This document shows positions 26,409 through 34,541 of a stretch of 64,000 nt of DNA, piece after piece. The stretch covers positions 9,063-73,062 of the forward strand of contig SVPD01000002.1 of the NCBI GenBank assembly GCA_015066045.1, in the 5' to 3' direction. The stretch's first letter is position 1, and every line of letters begins with the position of its first letter. The stretch comes from Oscillospiraceae bacterium (GTDB lineage Bacteria; Bacillota; Clostridia; Oscillospirales; Acutalibacteraceae). Under the pieces are notes generated by a model, which ran no database searches, was not told the origin of the DNA, and saw only the letters and a list, made by a program, of their open reading frames with translations. The position numbers were made by a program, and so were the translations under genes.

Positions 26409-26460
26409 TTCATTATTCATTACTGCTGATGCGACTTTTCTTAATGAATAATGAAGTCGC
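26409..26460. repeat. interleaved inverted repeats of the TTCATTATTCA family
   Basis: A TTCATTATTCATTA (26409-22) pairs with A' TAATGAATAATGAA (26442-55), a perfect 14 bp. B GCGACTT (26431-37) pairs with B' AAGTCGC (26454-60). The order is A-B-A'-B'. Confidence 0.85.
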
Positions 26461-26487
26461 TTTGCTGATGAATAATTGTAGTCCCGA

Positions 26488-26516
26488 TTGTAATTCTGTA
26501 TAAAATGTGCTATAAT
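26488..26516 (+). promoter_or_regulatory. sigma-A-like promoter of the CPBP gene
   Basis: TTGTAA, 17-nt spacer, TGcTATAAT (extended -10). The -35 lies inside the repeated CCCGATTGTAAT. Confidence 0.55.
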
Positions 26517-26599
26517 CATCCCGACGGAAAAACTGCACTGTTCCCGAAAGGACACTGCCAGTGTGGGAAGTAAATATTTTACGGTAAAGGAGAACACAG

Positions 26600-27337
26600 A
26601 TGCTGAAGAAATTATATCAGAAAAGTGAGCTTTGGTTTGCGATAGCGTGGATTGCTGCCTATGTGGTTTTCGCATCGGTAGGGGATAACCTGTCATCTGA
26701 GGCAGGCGTTCAGAAGCTTTTTACATTACCTGTACTGGCAGTTTTGTCAGCGGTGTTATTCTTCTTCGTAAAAAAGAACGGCTTATCCGTTAAATACGGT
26801 CTGTGTAAGCCGCAGCTTTCGGGCGCAGAAATGCTTTTTTATTTGCCTTTAATCGTTCTGCTGACGGCCAATTTATGGTACGGAGTTTCGCTCAATACTT
26901 CACCGACAGAGGCAGTTCTCTACATTTTATCTATGCTTTGCGTCGGCTTTCTGGAGGAAATGATATTCCGCGGCTTTTTGTTCAGGGCGATGTCTGTAAA
27001 CGGTGTGAAATCGGCTGCCATCGTGTCAAGCGTCACTTTCGGAGTCGGCCATATTGTTAATCTTGTCAACGGCTCGGGGGCGGATTTACTGTCAAATCTC
27101 TTACAGGTGATGTATGCCGTGGCTATCGGCTTTGCCTTCGTGATGATTTACTGCAGAACCAAAAGCCTGCTGCCCTGTATTCTCACCCACGGTATCTTTA
27201 ACGGGCTGAGCGTGTTTTCGAATGAGGCCGCAATAACGCCCCGAAGAAACATCATCTCAGGCGTTCTGCTTGTGGTTATCGCAGGCGGCTATGCGTTATA
27301 CATCGCTTTGGCGGTGAAGGAGAGGGACGGGGAATAA
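26600..27337 (+). CDS. CPBP family intramembrane glutamic endopeptidase (CAAX protease-like)
   Basis: EEMIFRGFLF, FGVGH and HGIFN motifs in a polytopic membrane protein. Confidence 0.88.
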   Translation: MLKKLYQKSELWFAIAWIAAYVVFASVGDNLSSEAGVQKLFTLPVLAVLSAVLFFFVKKNGLSVKYGLCKPQLSGAEMLFYLPLIVLLTANLWYGVSLNTSPTEAVLYILSMLCVGFLEEMIFRGFLFRAMSVNGVKSAAIVSSVTFGVGHIVNLVNGSGADLLSNLLQVMYAVAIGFAFVMIYCRTKSLLPCILTHGIFNGLSVFSNEAAITPRRNIISGVLLVVIAGGYALYIALAVKERDGE

Positions 27338-27393
27338 AGGCCTTGTCTTTCCTCTGCTTAGGCAAGATATGCTTTTTACCGTAATTTTAACCG

Positions 27394-27420
27394 GAAAAGT
27401 CTTCGGGCTTTTCTTTTTTT
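27394..27420 (+). terminator. rho-independent terminator
   Basis: GAAAAGTC-TTCG-GGCTTTTC followed by TTTTTTT. Confidence 0.7.
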
Positions 27421-27421
27421 A

Positions 27422-27450
27422 TTGACACTTACTTTCATAACTGTTAAAAT
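27422..27450 (+). promoter_or_regulatory. sigma-A-like promoter of the four-gene redox operon
   Basis: TTGACA, 17-nt spacer, TAAAAT. Confidence 0.55.
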
Positions 27451-27487
27451 AAATATCGGTAAGAAAAAATGAAACGGAGGAAATATA

Positions 27488-29044
27488 ATGAAAACCTATG
27501 ATGTAATCGTAATAGGTGCGGGTAACGGCGGACTGGCCGCAGCGGCTACCTGTGCTAAAGCAGGTCTTTCCACTCTGCTTCTGGAAAGACATAATATTCC
27601 GGGGGGCTCGGCATCCTCTTTCGTCAGAGGAAGATTTGAGTTTGAGCCCTCACTCCATGAGCTGGCAGGTATGGGTACAGACGAGGCTCCCGGTCAGATA
27701 AAGGATATGTTTGACCGCTTCGGTGGCGACGTGGATTGGTGTTCACACGAATCTACCTTCAGATTGATCGTTCCCGCCAAAGAGGGGGATAAGGATGCCT
27801 TCCTCAATGATCAGGGTGTGTGGGTTACCGTGGATGCCCGTATGCCTGTGGGCTTCGAAAACTTTGCCCGTAAGCTCGACGAGCTCGTTCCCGGCTCCTA
27901 TGAGAGCTGTATGAAGGCCTTTGATCTGTCGGGCCGTATGTTCAAAGCTCTCGATGCTCTGGGAAATCCCAAGCAGCTTCCTTCCAGCATAAAGGATTTG
28001 CCCGACATTATGAGAATGGTGTCTCACACGATGAAGGAGGCTCTGGACGCTCTGGGTATGCCTGAAAAGGCTCAGGATATTTTCAATACATATTGGTGCT
28101 ATATGGGCTCACCTGCCTCGAAGTTTGACTTCCTTTATTATATGGCCGTTCTGCATAGCTATGTAGAGCACGGCACGAGCATTCCCCGTCTTCGCAGCCA
28201 CGAGATGAGCCTCGCTATTGACAAGGTAATCCGTGATGCGGGCGGTGAAATCTGGTATAACTCCGAGGTTACTAAGGTTCTTATGAAGCACGGTAAGCCC
28301 GAAGGAGTGGTAATCAACGGAGAAAAAGAGGTCTACGGTAAATATTTTATCTGTAATTCCTCACCGAATTCAGTCTGGAAGGACCTTTTCATAGAGAGAG
28401 ACATTCCCGAAAAGCAGCTCAGAATGCTTAACACCCGTAAGGTTGCCTGTACTCTTACCACCGTTTATCTCGGTATGAACAGAACGAAGGAGGAGCTGGG
28501 CATTACTGACTATTCGGTGTTTGTCGCTCCCTACTCCGATTCCGACAGGCAGTATGAGGCGGCACAGAATTATTTCAGCGGCTACTGCATTATCAACTGT
28601 CTGAATGAAATTATTCCCGACTGCACTCCCGAGGGTACCTGTCAGCTTTTCCTCACCACTATGACCTTCGGCGATGTTATGAAGGATGTAAGACCTCAGG
28701 ATTATAAAAGGTTTAAAACCAAGGTCGCTGAGGATATGATTGAAACCTGTGAAAAAGCACTGAATATTTCTATAAAGCCCTACATCGAGGAAATAGAGAT
28801 AGCTCTGCCGCCCACCTTCGCCAGATATCTTAATACTCCGTGGGGCACACCCTACGGCTATATGCTGGAAAAATGGGACAGTATGATTCCCCGTACCGTG
28901 CAGTATATGCAGGACCAGCCCTTCGAAAACTTTCTTTTCTGCGGCGCATCACAGGAAAGAGGCGACGGCTACGGATGCGCATATTACACGGGTGAAAAAG
29001 CAGGCGGAATAGTCGTCAAGGCTATACAGAAGGAGGGTAAATAA
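27488..29044 (+). CDS. NAD(P)/FAD-dependent oxidoreductase, phytoene desaturase (CrtI)/RetSat-like
   Basis: YDVIVIGAGNGGLAAAATCAKAGLSTLLLERHNIPGG dinucleotide fold. About 518 aa with CrtI-family architecture. Confidence 0.8.
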   Translation: MKTYDVIVIGAGNGGLAAAATCAKAGLSTLLLERHNIPGGSASSFVRGRFEFEPSLHELAGMGTDEAPGQIKDMFDRFGGDVDWCSHESTFRLIVPAKEGDKDAFLNDQGVWVTVDARMPVGFENFARKLDELVPGSYESCMKAFDLSGRMFKALDALGNPKQLPSSIKDLPDIMRMVSHTMKEALDALGMPEKAQDIFNTYWCYMGSPASKFDFLYYMAVLHSYVEHGTSIPRLRSHEMSLAIDKVIRDAGGEIWYNSEVTKVLMKHGKPEGVVINGEKEVYGKYFICNSSPNSVWKDLFIERDIPEKQLRMLNTRKVACTLTTVYLGMNRTKEELGITDYSVFVAPYSDSDRQYEAAQNYFSGYCIINCLNEIIPDCTPEGTCQLFLTTMTFGDVMKDVRPQDYKRFKTKVAEDMIETCEKALNISIKPYIEEIEIALPPTFARYLNTPWGTPYGYMLEKWDSMIPRTVQYMQDQPFENFLFCGASQERGDGYGCAYYTGEKAGGIVVKAIQKEGK

Positions 29045-29046
29045 TT

Positions 29047-30249
29047 ATGGCAGATAATTTCAAATCATTAAAGGCAAAAAAGTTTTTATCTATGCTTTCT
29101 GACCGACAGGCGAGATTTGAGAGCGGAAAGGCTGAGCTTACCGAAATCAGCGATAACGCTATGGCCTTGGCCAAGGCACTCCATCCGAAGCGTCAGTATC
29201 TTAAAATAGAAAGCATCACCGAAAGGGGAGAGGACTGCAGAAGCTATACTCTCGTGCCCGACGGTGAAAGAACCGAAAAGCTGGCCTATTTCAGTGCCGG
29301 TAAATACCTCACTGTCTTCGAAACCATAGAGGGTATGCCCGTAACCAGAGCTTATTCTATTTCTTCCTCACCCGCAGAGGCTCTCGAGGGAAAATATGTT
29401 CTTACGGTAAAGCTCGTAGAGGGTGGTCTGGTGTCGAGATTTATTTTCGATAACTGGGAAATCGGCAGAGCGGTGGAGGTCTCCGCACCCTCGGGTAATT
29501 TCGAATATCAGCCGCTGAGAGATGCTGAAAAGGTTATCTGTGTGGCCGGAGGCAGCGGTATTACACCTTTCATCTCCATGGCAAAGGCTATATGCGACGG
29601 TGATGAGGACTTCGAGCTTACACTTCTTTACGGAAGCAGAAATTATAAGACGGTTCTGTTTGCTCAGGAGCTGGCAGAGCTGGAAAAGAAATGCGATAAA
29701 ATAAAGGTTATCAATGTAATCAGCGACAGCAAGGTCAGAGTGAAAAAAGCAGATGAAAAGGGCTTTATCACTGCTGAGCTTATCAAAAAGCACGCACCCG
29801 AAAATGAGCCTTATTCCGTCTTTATCTGCGGACCGCAGCAGATGTATGATTTTCTTGACGGTGAGCTCGGCAAATTAAATATAGAAAAGAAATATATCCG
29901 CCACGAAATGTTCGGTGAATTCCGAAATCCTGCCTCACAGGAGGATTATCCTGCAGGCGTACCCGAAAAGGTTACCGTAAAGGTTAAGGTGCAGGACAAA
30001 ACCTACACCGTAGAGGGTAATTCAGCCGATTCATTGATGCAGACTCTCGAAAAAAACGGCATAGCAGTACCTGCCAGATGCCGTAGCGGTGAGTGCGGCT
30101 TCTGCCATTCGCATCTGCTTTCAGGTAAGGTTTATGTGCCGAAGTCTATGGAATACAGGAGACTTGCCGACTATAAGTTCGGCTGCATTCATCCCTGCTG
30201 CTCCTTCCCTCTTACTGATATAGAAATGGAAGTTCCCGCAGCGAAATAA
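29047..30249 (+). CDS. FNR-type oxidoreductase with a C-terminal plant-type [2Fe-2S] ferredoxin domain
   Basis: RAYSISS (RxYS FAD motif), GGSGITP, and CRSGECGFC-x26-C. Confidence 0.82.
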   Translation: MADNFKSLKAKKFLSMLSDRQARFESGKAELTEISDNAMALAKALHPKRQYLKIESITERGEDCRSYTLVPDGERTEKLAYFSAGKYLTVFETIEGMPVTRAYSISSSPAEALEGKYVLTVKLVEGGLVSRFIFDNWEIGRAVEVSAPSGNFEYQPLRDAEKVICVAGGSGITPFISMAKAICDGDEDFELTLLYGSRNYKTVLFAQELAELEKKCDKIKVINVISDSKVRVKKADEKGFITAELIKKHAPENEPYSVFICGPQQMYDFLDGELGKLNIEKKYIRHEMFGEFRNPASQEDYPAGVPEKVTVKVKVQDKTYTVEGNSADSLMQTLEKNGIAVPARCRSGECGFCHSHLLSGKVYVPKSMEYRRLADYKFGCIHPCCSFPLTDIEMEVPAAK

Positions 30250-30279
30250 AGAAGTATAACACGAAAGAGGGGATAACCT

Positions 30280-31683
30280 TTGAAGGATAACAGTAAAATA
30301 ATAAAAAGAGAGCAGCGGCAGCTGGCGAGGCTGACACGTATGCAGGCCAAAGGCTGTTGGGCGGGATATTTCGGTATGCTGCTTTTTCTGGTGGGCTTCG
30401 TAAACATTATTGACGAGGTTACCAGCAACCTTTCTGTTTCTGTCCAGTCCTCCTTTGTCACCGAGTTTTTCGTCAATAACGGATTTCTGGGAAAGGCATA
30501 CACCTTTGAGGAGGGACTTTCCCTGCATACATCCATAAGCGTTATAAGCTATGCCTTCGGTATTATCACGCCGTTTTATAAGGCACTGGCCGACAAATGG
30601 GGCAGAAAGCCGCTTTTTGCCTTGTCTACACTGGGAATGAGCTTAGGCCTTTTCATTATCTATTTTTCACCGAACTATCTTGTCTTCCTTTTGGGCTACG
30701 GAATTATCGGCTTTTTCTACAGTCACGATATCCAGATTATTTATATTCTGGAGGAGGCACCCGAAAAGCACAGAGCTATGATTTACAGTATTCTGAAAAG
30801 TCTCGGTATTTTCGGTGTGGTCTGCATCCCCGTGCTCAGAAATCTGCTTATGGGAAATGATCCGACCAAATGGAGAAGCATCTTTATGTTCCCCGCCGTA
30901 TGCGGCCTTATTGCTGCGGCACTCATTACGGTTTTCGCCAAGGATACAGGTGTATTTCTTAAGGAAAGAACGGCTTATCTCTCTGTTCCTTATGAGGCAA
31001 GACAGGCTGAAAAGCAGAGAATAAAAGAGCAGAAGAAGGCTCAGAGAAATCAGGCAGGTGTTTTCAATGCGGTAAAATACATTTTTTCCGACAGAGACAC
31101 GAAAACTCTCATTATTTCTCACATCATTTTTGATGCCGGAATGCCTGCCATCGCTCTTTATTATGAATCGTCCATGCATATCGCAGGTATGTCCACAGAG
31201 GATATTACCAAATCGCTTTTCGTTCTTCCCATAGTTTATGCGGTTCTTACGCTTTGCTCGGGCTTTGTGGCTGACTTTATCGGCAGAAAGAGAACAGTAA
31301 CCATAGCGGGCGTTCTCTGTGTCAGCGGCTTTATCCTTTTCGCCGTGGGTATAAATCAGCTCTGGAACCCCTATCTTATCGGTGGTCTCTGCGGTCTTTA
31401 TCAGGGCTGCTACTGGATAGGCAGAGATTATATGAACATTATGATGACAGAGAAGGTGCCCACGGATATCAGAGCCTCCGTGGTAGGTGCCGAGGGACTT
31501 CTTCTTATTATCGGTCTTGCCGTCGGCTACATTCTTACCATAGTCGGTATGCTCGTTATGGAGGTATGGCTTACCTGTCTGCTGGTGGCTATTCCCTGCG
31601 TGGTCGTTTCTGTCGTTATTCTCGTTCTCAAGGTCAGAGAAACCAAGGGCGCAAATATGAATGAGGTAGGTGCTGAGGTATGA
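30280..31683 (+). CDS. MFS transporter
   Basis: About 12 TM segments, DKWGRKP loop motif. TTG start supported by an AGAGGGG RBS 7 nt upstream; the ATG at 30340 is an alternative. Confidence 0.82.
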   Translation: MKDNSKIIKREQRQLARLTRMQAKGCWAGYFGMLLFLVGFVNIIDEVTSNLSVSVQSSFVTEFFVNNGFLGKAYTFEEGLSLHTSISVISYAFGIITPFYKALADKWGRKPLFALSTLGMSLGLFIIYFSPNYLVFLLGYGIIGFFYSHDIQIIYILEEAPEKHRAMIYSILKSLGIFGVVCIPVLRNLLMGNDPTKWRSIFMFPAVCGLIAAALITVFAKDTGVFLKERTAYLSVPYEARQAEKQRIKEQKKAQRNQAGVFNAVKYIFSDRDTKTLIISHIIFDAGMPAIALYYESSMHIAGMSTEDITKSLFVLPIVYAVLTLCSGFVADFIGRKRTVTIAGVLCVSGFILFAVGINQLWNPYLIGGLCGLYQGCYWIGRDYMNIMMTEKVPTDIRASVVGAEGLLLIIGLAVGYILTIVGMLVMEVWLTCLLVAIPCVVVSVVILVLKVRETKGANMNEVGAEV

Positions 31684-31997
31684 TCAGACATATCGTTATG
31701 TGGAAATTCAAAGACTTCGCTGAGGGGCTTTCCCGCGAAGAAAACCTTCTTAAGGTCAAGACTATGCTCGAGGCTTTGCCCGGAAAGATAGATTTTATCA
31801 GAGAGATGCAGGTGCAGATTAACGTAAATCCCAAGGACGGAATGTACGATGCAGTGCTTCTGAGCACCTTCGACACTCTCGATGATGTGGCTCGCTACAG
31901 AGTTCACCCTGAGCATATAAAGATTTCCTCCTATGTGGCTCTTATCAGGGAAAACAGAGCAAGTGTGGATTACGAGTTTGAAAGGGATATTAACTAA
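31680..31997 (+). CDS. Dabb (stress-responsive alpha/beta-barrel) family protein
   Basis: MIRHIVMWKFKD...HPEH pattern. The ATGA start overlaps the MFS stop. Confidence 0.82.
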   Translation: MIRHIVMWKFKDFAEGLSREENLLKVKTMLEALPGKIDFIREMQVQINVNPKDGMYDAVLLSTFDTLDDVARYRVHPEHIKISSYVALIRENRASVDYEFERDIN

Positions 31998-32156
31998 TTA
32001 ACATTTTGTTTAAACACAGAGTGCCTTTTTGAACTTTTATTGAACATTCATAAAAAAACTCGACTATTTGAATGTTTTGTGTTACTATTATTAAAATTGT
32101 TCTAGGCGGTTTTCGTAAACAGATTTGCGTAACTGTCTATTAAGGAGGAATTATGT

Positions 32157-33389
32157 ATGAAAGCTGCAGAGAGTGTTCAGAACTATGCTTCTTCTGTTAG
32201 AATGTATACAAATTACACTGTCAGAGCTATCAAAAAAATCTGTAAAGAAATCGGCCCGAGAATTGCGGGCAGTGATGCTGAGTATGAGGCACACAAGTAC
32301 ATAGCAGAGGAAATGAAAACCTGCTGCGACGAGGTCGCAATCGAAGAGTTTAAGCTGGCTCCCGAAGCATTTATGAGCTGGGTTAGAATCGACGGTGCAC
32401 TCGTTATCATCGGTGTTATCTTCTCTTTACTCGGTCTTCCCGCCGTCGCTATCGCACTTACTGCCGTAGCTCTCGTTCTTCTGTTCTGTGAGTTCCTTAT
32501 GTACTGGGAGTTTTACGATTTCCTTTTCCCGAAGAAAATATCTCATAACACCGCAGGCGTCAGAAAGGCGAGCGGCGAAGCTAAACAGAGAATTATTTTC
32601 TCAGGTCACGTTGACTCCTCACACGAGTGGACATACACCCGTCTCGGCGGCAAGATTCTTCTTTTCGCAGTCGGCGGCTACGGTGTGGTAAGTATGCTTT
32701 ACCTTCTCGTTTCATCTGTTCTTATCGTGGCAAATGTCGGCTCACCCGAATTTCTTGAAATCATCAAATGGGCTCAGATCGCCTGTATCCCCGGCGGTAT
32801 CTTAGTTATGTTCTTCGTTAACTTTAAAATTACCGTAGAGGGTGCCAACGATAATCTTACAGGTACTATGTCTTCAGTAGCTATTATGAAGTATCTCGAG
32901 GACAATAATATCCGTTTCGAAAACACAGAGGTTGTTGCTCTTGCAGCAGGCTCAGAGGAATCAGGTCTTCGCGGCTCAAAGGCTTATGTTAAGCGTCATA
33001 TTGACGAGCTTAAGGCTATTCCCACAGTTTTTATCGGTCTCGAAACCTTCAGAGATTACGAAAGTATGGCTATTTATGCCCGTGATATGACAGGTACTGT
33101 CAAAATGGATCCCAGAGTTTGCTCTCTTGTTAAAAAGGGCGGTGAGCTGGCAGGTGTGGATCTTCCCTACAGCTCAGTTTATGTCGGTGCATCCGACGGC
33201 GCTGCCGTTCAGAAGCTCGGTATTCCCGCAGTAACACTCGCTTCTATGGATCCCGGTCCTCCGAGATATTATCACACCAGAGGCGACACGGCTGACAATA
33301 TGAATATGAAGACCATCGAAAAATGTCTCGATATCGCACTTCAGACACTTTTCATTTATGATGAAGAAGGTCTTAAGGACAGCTATTAA
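32157..33389 (+). CDS. membrane-associated M28 family metallopeptidase
   Basis: GHVDS, NDNLTG and GSEESGLRGSKAYV motifs with TM helices inserted. GGAGG RBS. Confidence 0.78.
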   Translation: MKAAESVQNYASSVRMYTNYTVRAIKKICKEIGPRIAGSDAEYEAHKYIAEEMKTCCDEVAIEEFKLAPEAFMSWVRIDGALVIIGVIFSLLGLPAVAIALTAVALVLLFCEFLMYWEFYDFLFPKKISHNTAGVRKASGEAKQRIIFSGHVDSSHEWTYTRLGGKILLFAVGGYGVVSMLYLLVSSVLIVANVGSPEFLEIIKWAQIACIPGGILVMFFVNFKITVEGANDNLTGTMSSVAIMKYLEDNNIRFENTEVVALAAGSEESGLRGSKAYVKRHIDELKAIPTVFIGLETFRDYESMAIYARDMTGTVKMDPRVCSLVKKGGELAGVDLPYSSVYVGASDGAAVQKLGIPAVTLASMDPGPPRYYHTRGDTADNMNMKTIEKCLDIALQTLFIYDEEGLKDSY

Positions 33390-33398
33390 TTAAACCTG

Positions 33399-33430
33399 AA
33401 CAGGTATTGCTTCGGCAGTACCTGTTTTTT
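33399..33430 (+). terminator. rho-independent terminator
   Basis: AACAGGTATTGC-TTCG-GCAGTACCTGTT followed by TTTTT. Confidence 0.8.
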
Positions 33431-33463
33431 TATGTGACGGGAATAATATTAAGATTAATTTAA

Positions 33464-33492
33464 TTGACTTGCTACTCTCAGGGTGATATAAT
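33464..33492 (+). promoter_or_regulatory. sigma-A-like promoter of the vanY-like gene
   Basis: TTGACT, 17-nt spacer, TATAAT. The -10 ends 7 nt before the ATG at 33500. Confidence 0.55.
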
Positions 33493-33499
33493 ATAGAAA

Positions 33500-34330
33500 A
33501 TGAAATTACAGGCAGTGAAAACTATGAAAAAGACAAAGAAAAAGAATAAAAGCACGCTAACGGTTTCGATTGCAGTCATCGTGGCGGTTATTTTTTCGGC
33601 GGCGGTCATTAAGGGCTTATCCTCTGCAGAGAAAAATTCTTTCGGCGGTGAGCCCTTTACCGAGGAAGCTACCGTTACCGAAAAAGAGGCTGAAACCACA
33701 GTGCCTGTCACCGAGGCGGAAAAAATAAACGAAGAAACGGGCAGAATAATCGTAAATCCTGAGCAGGAGCTATGGAATCTCGTGGTGGTAAATATGGGCA
33801 GGGAAATGCCCTCGGGCTATAAGCCGGAGCTTAAGGAAATTCTTTCCACAGGATATTATATGGACGAGAGGGTAGTGCCTTTTTATGAGCAGATGTATCT
33901 GGATGCGAAAAAGGAGGGTATAATCCTTACTCCCTATTCGGGTTACCGCTCCTATGAAAGGCAGGAAAGGAACTATAAAAATCTGACCGAAACCTATATG
34001 TCCGATTACGGCCTTTCACGTAAGGAGGCAGAGAAGAAGGCGGCTACGGTTATTCTTCCTCCCGGTACCAGTGAGCATAATTTAGGCTTGGCTATGGATA
34101 TCTGTAACACGAAGGATAGCTTTGCCTTTACCGAGGAATATAAATGGCTCACGGAAAACGCTCACAGGTACGGCTTCATTCTCAGATACACCGAGGAAAA
34201 GACGGACATTACGGGTATAGTGGATGAGCCGTGGCACTGGAGATTCGTGGGAACAGAGTACGCTGAGGACATAAAAAACAGCGGTCTGTGCCTCGAGGAA
34301 TATCTGCAGCAGAAGGGTATAAAATTCTGA
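33500..34330 (+). CDS. D-alanyl-D-alanine carboxypeptidase, VanY/M15B family
   Basis: N-terminal TM anchor, SEHNLGLAMD (SxHxxGxAxD) and EPWHWRF motifs. Start may be 33500 (leaderless) or 33524. Confidence 0.85.
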   Translation: MKLQAVKTMKKTKKKNKSTLTVSIAVIVAVIFSAAVIKGLSSAEKNSFGGEPFTEEATVTEKEAETTVPVTEAEKINEETGRIIVNPEQELWNLVVVNMGREMPSGYKPELKEILSTGYYMDERVVPFYEQMYLDAKKEGIILTPYSGYRSYERQERNYKNLTETYMSDYGLSRKEAEKKAATVILPPGTSEHNLGLAMDICNTKDSFAFTEEYKWLTENAHRYGFILRYTEEKTDITGIVDEPWHWRFVGTEYAEDIKNSGLCLEEYLQQKGIKF

Positions 34331-34351
34331 TAAAAAAAGTTAAAAAAACTA

Positions 34352-34380
34352 TTGACAAAATCCGCACTGTGTGATAATAT
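34352..34380 (+). promoter_or_regulatory. promoter of the infC-rpmI-rplT operon
   Basis: TTGACA, 17-nt spacer, TAATAT. Confidence 0.45.
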
Positions 34381-34384
34381 ATCT

Positions 34385-34527
34385 GCACAACAAAGCAGAG
34401 CAGTGCGTTCTCACCTTCGGAATTTTGTTTCCGCTTGGTCGATAAACTTCTTTATGTGGTCTATTGGTGCGTGAACGGCTTGCTGTTCACGCTTTGATTT
34501 TATTCGGGAAAACCGATAAACATTTTT
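34385..34527 (+). promoter_or_regulatory. ribosomal protein L20 leader (attenuator) candidate
   Basis: Long 5' UTR ahead of infC that ends in GCGTGAAC-GGCTTGCT-GTTCACGC plus a U-rich tract (34469-34503). The position matches the Firmicutes L20 leader. Confidence 0.6.
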
Positions 34528-34541
34528 GGAGGTGCATGAAC

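Noticed and set aside
26514-26535. Possible duplicated tRNA-Gln 3' end (att site) closing the islet
   Set aside because: Only CATCCC followed by an A-run matches the tRNA 3' end (CATCCCTGCCAAAAA). That is too short and interrupted to support an attL/attR pair, and no integrase is present.
34464-34541. N-terminal extension of the infC ORF in the track
   Set aside because: It would place the start codon inside the leader terminator hairpin and add about 25 non-IF3 residues. The region is better explained as the L20 leader.
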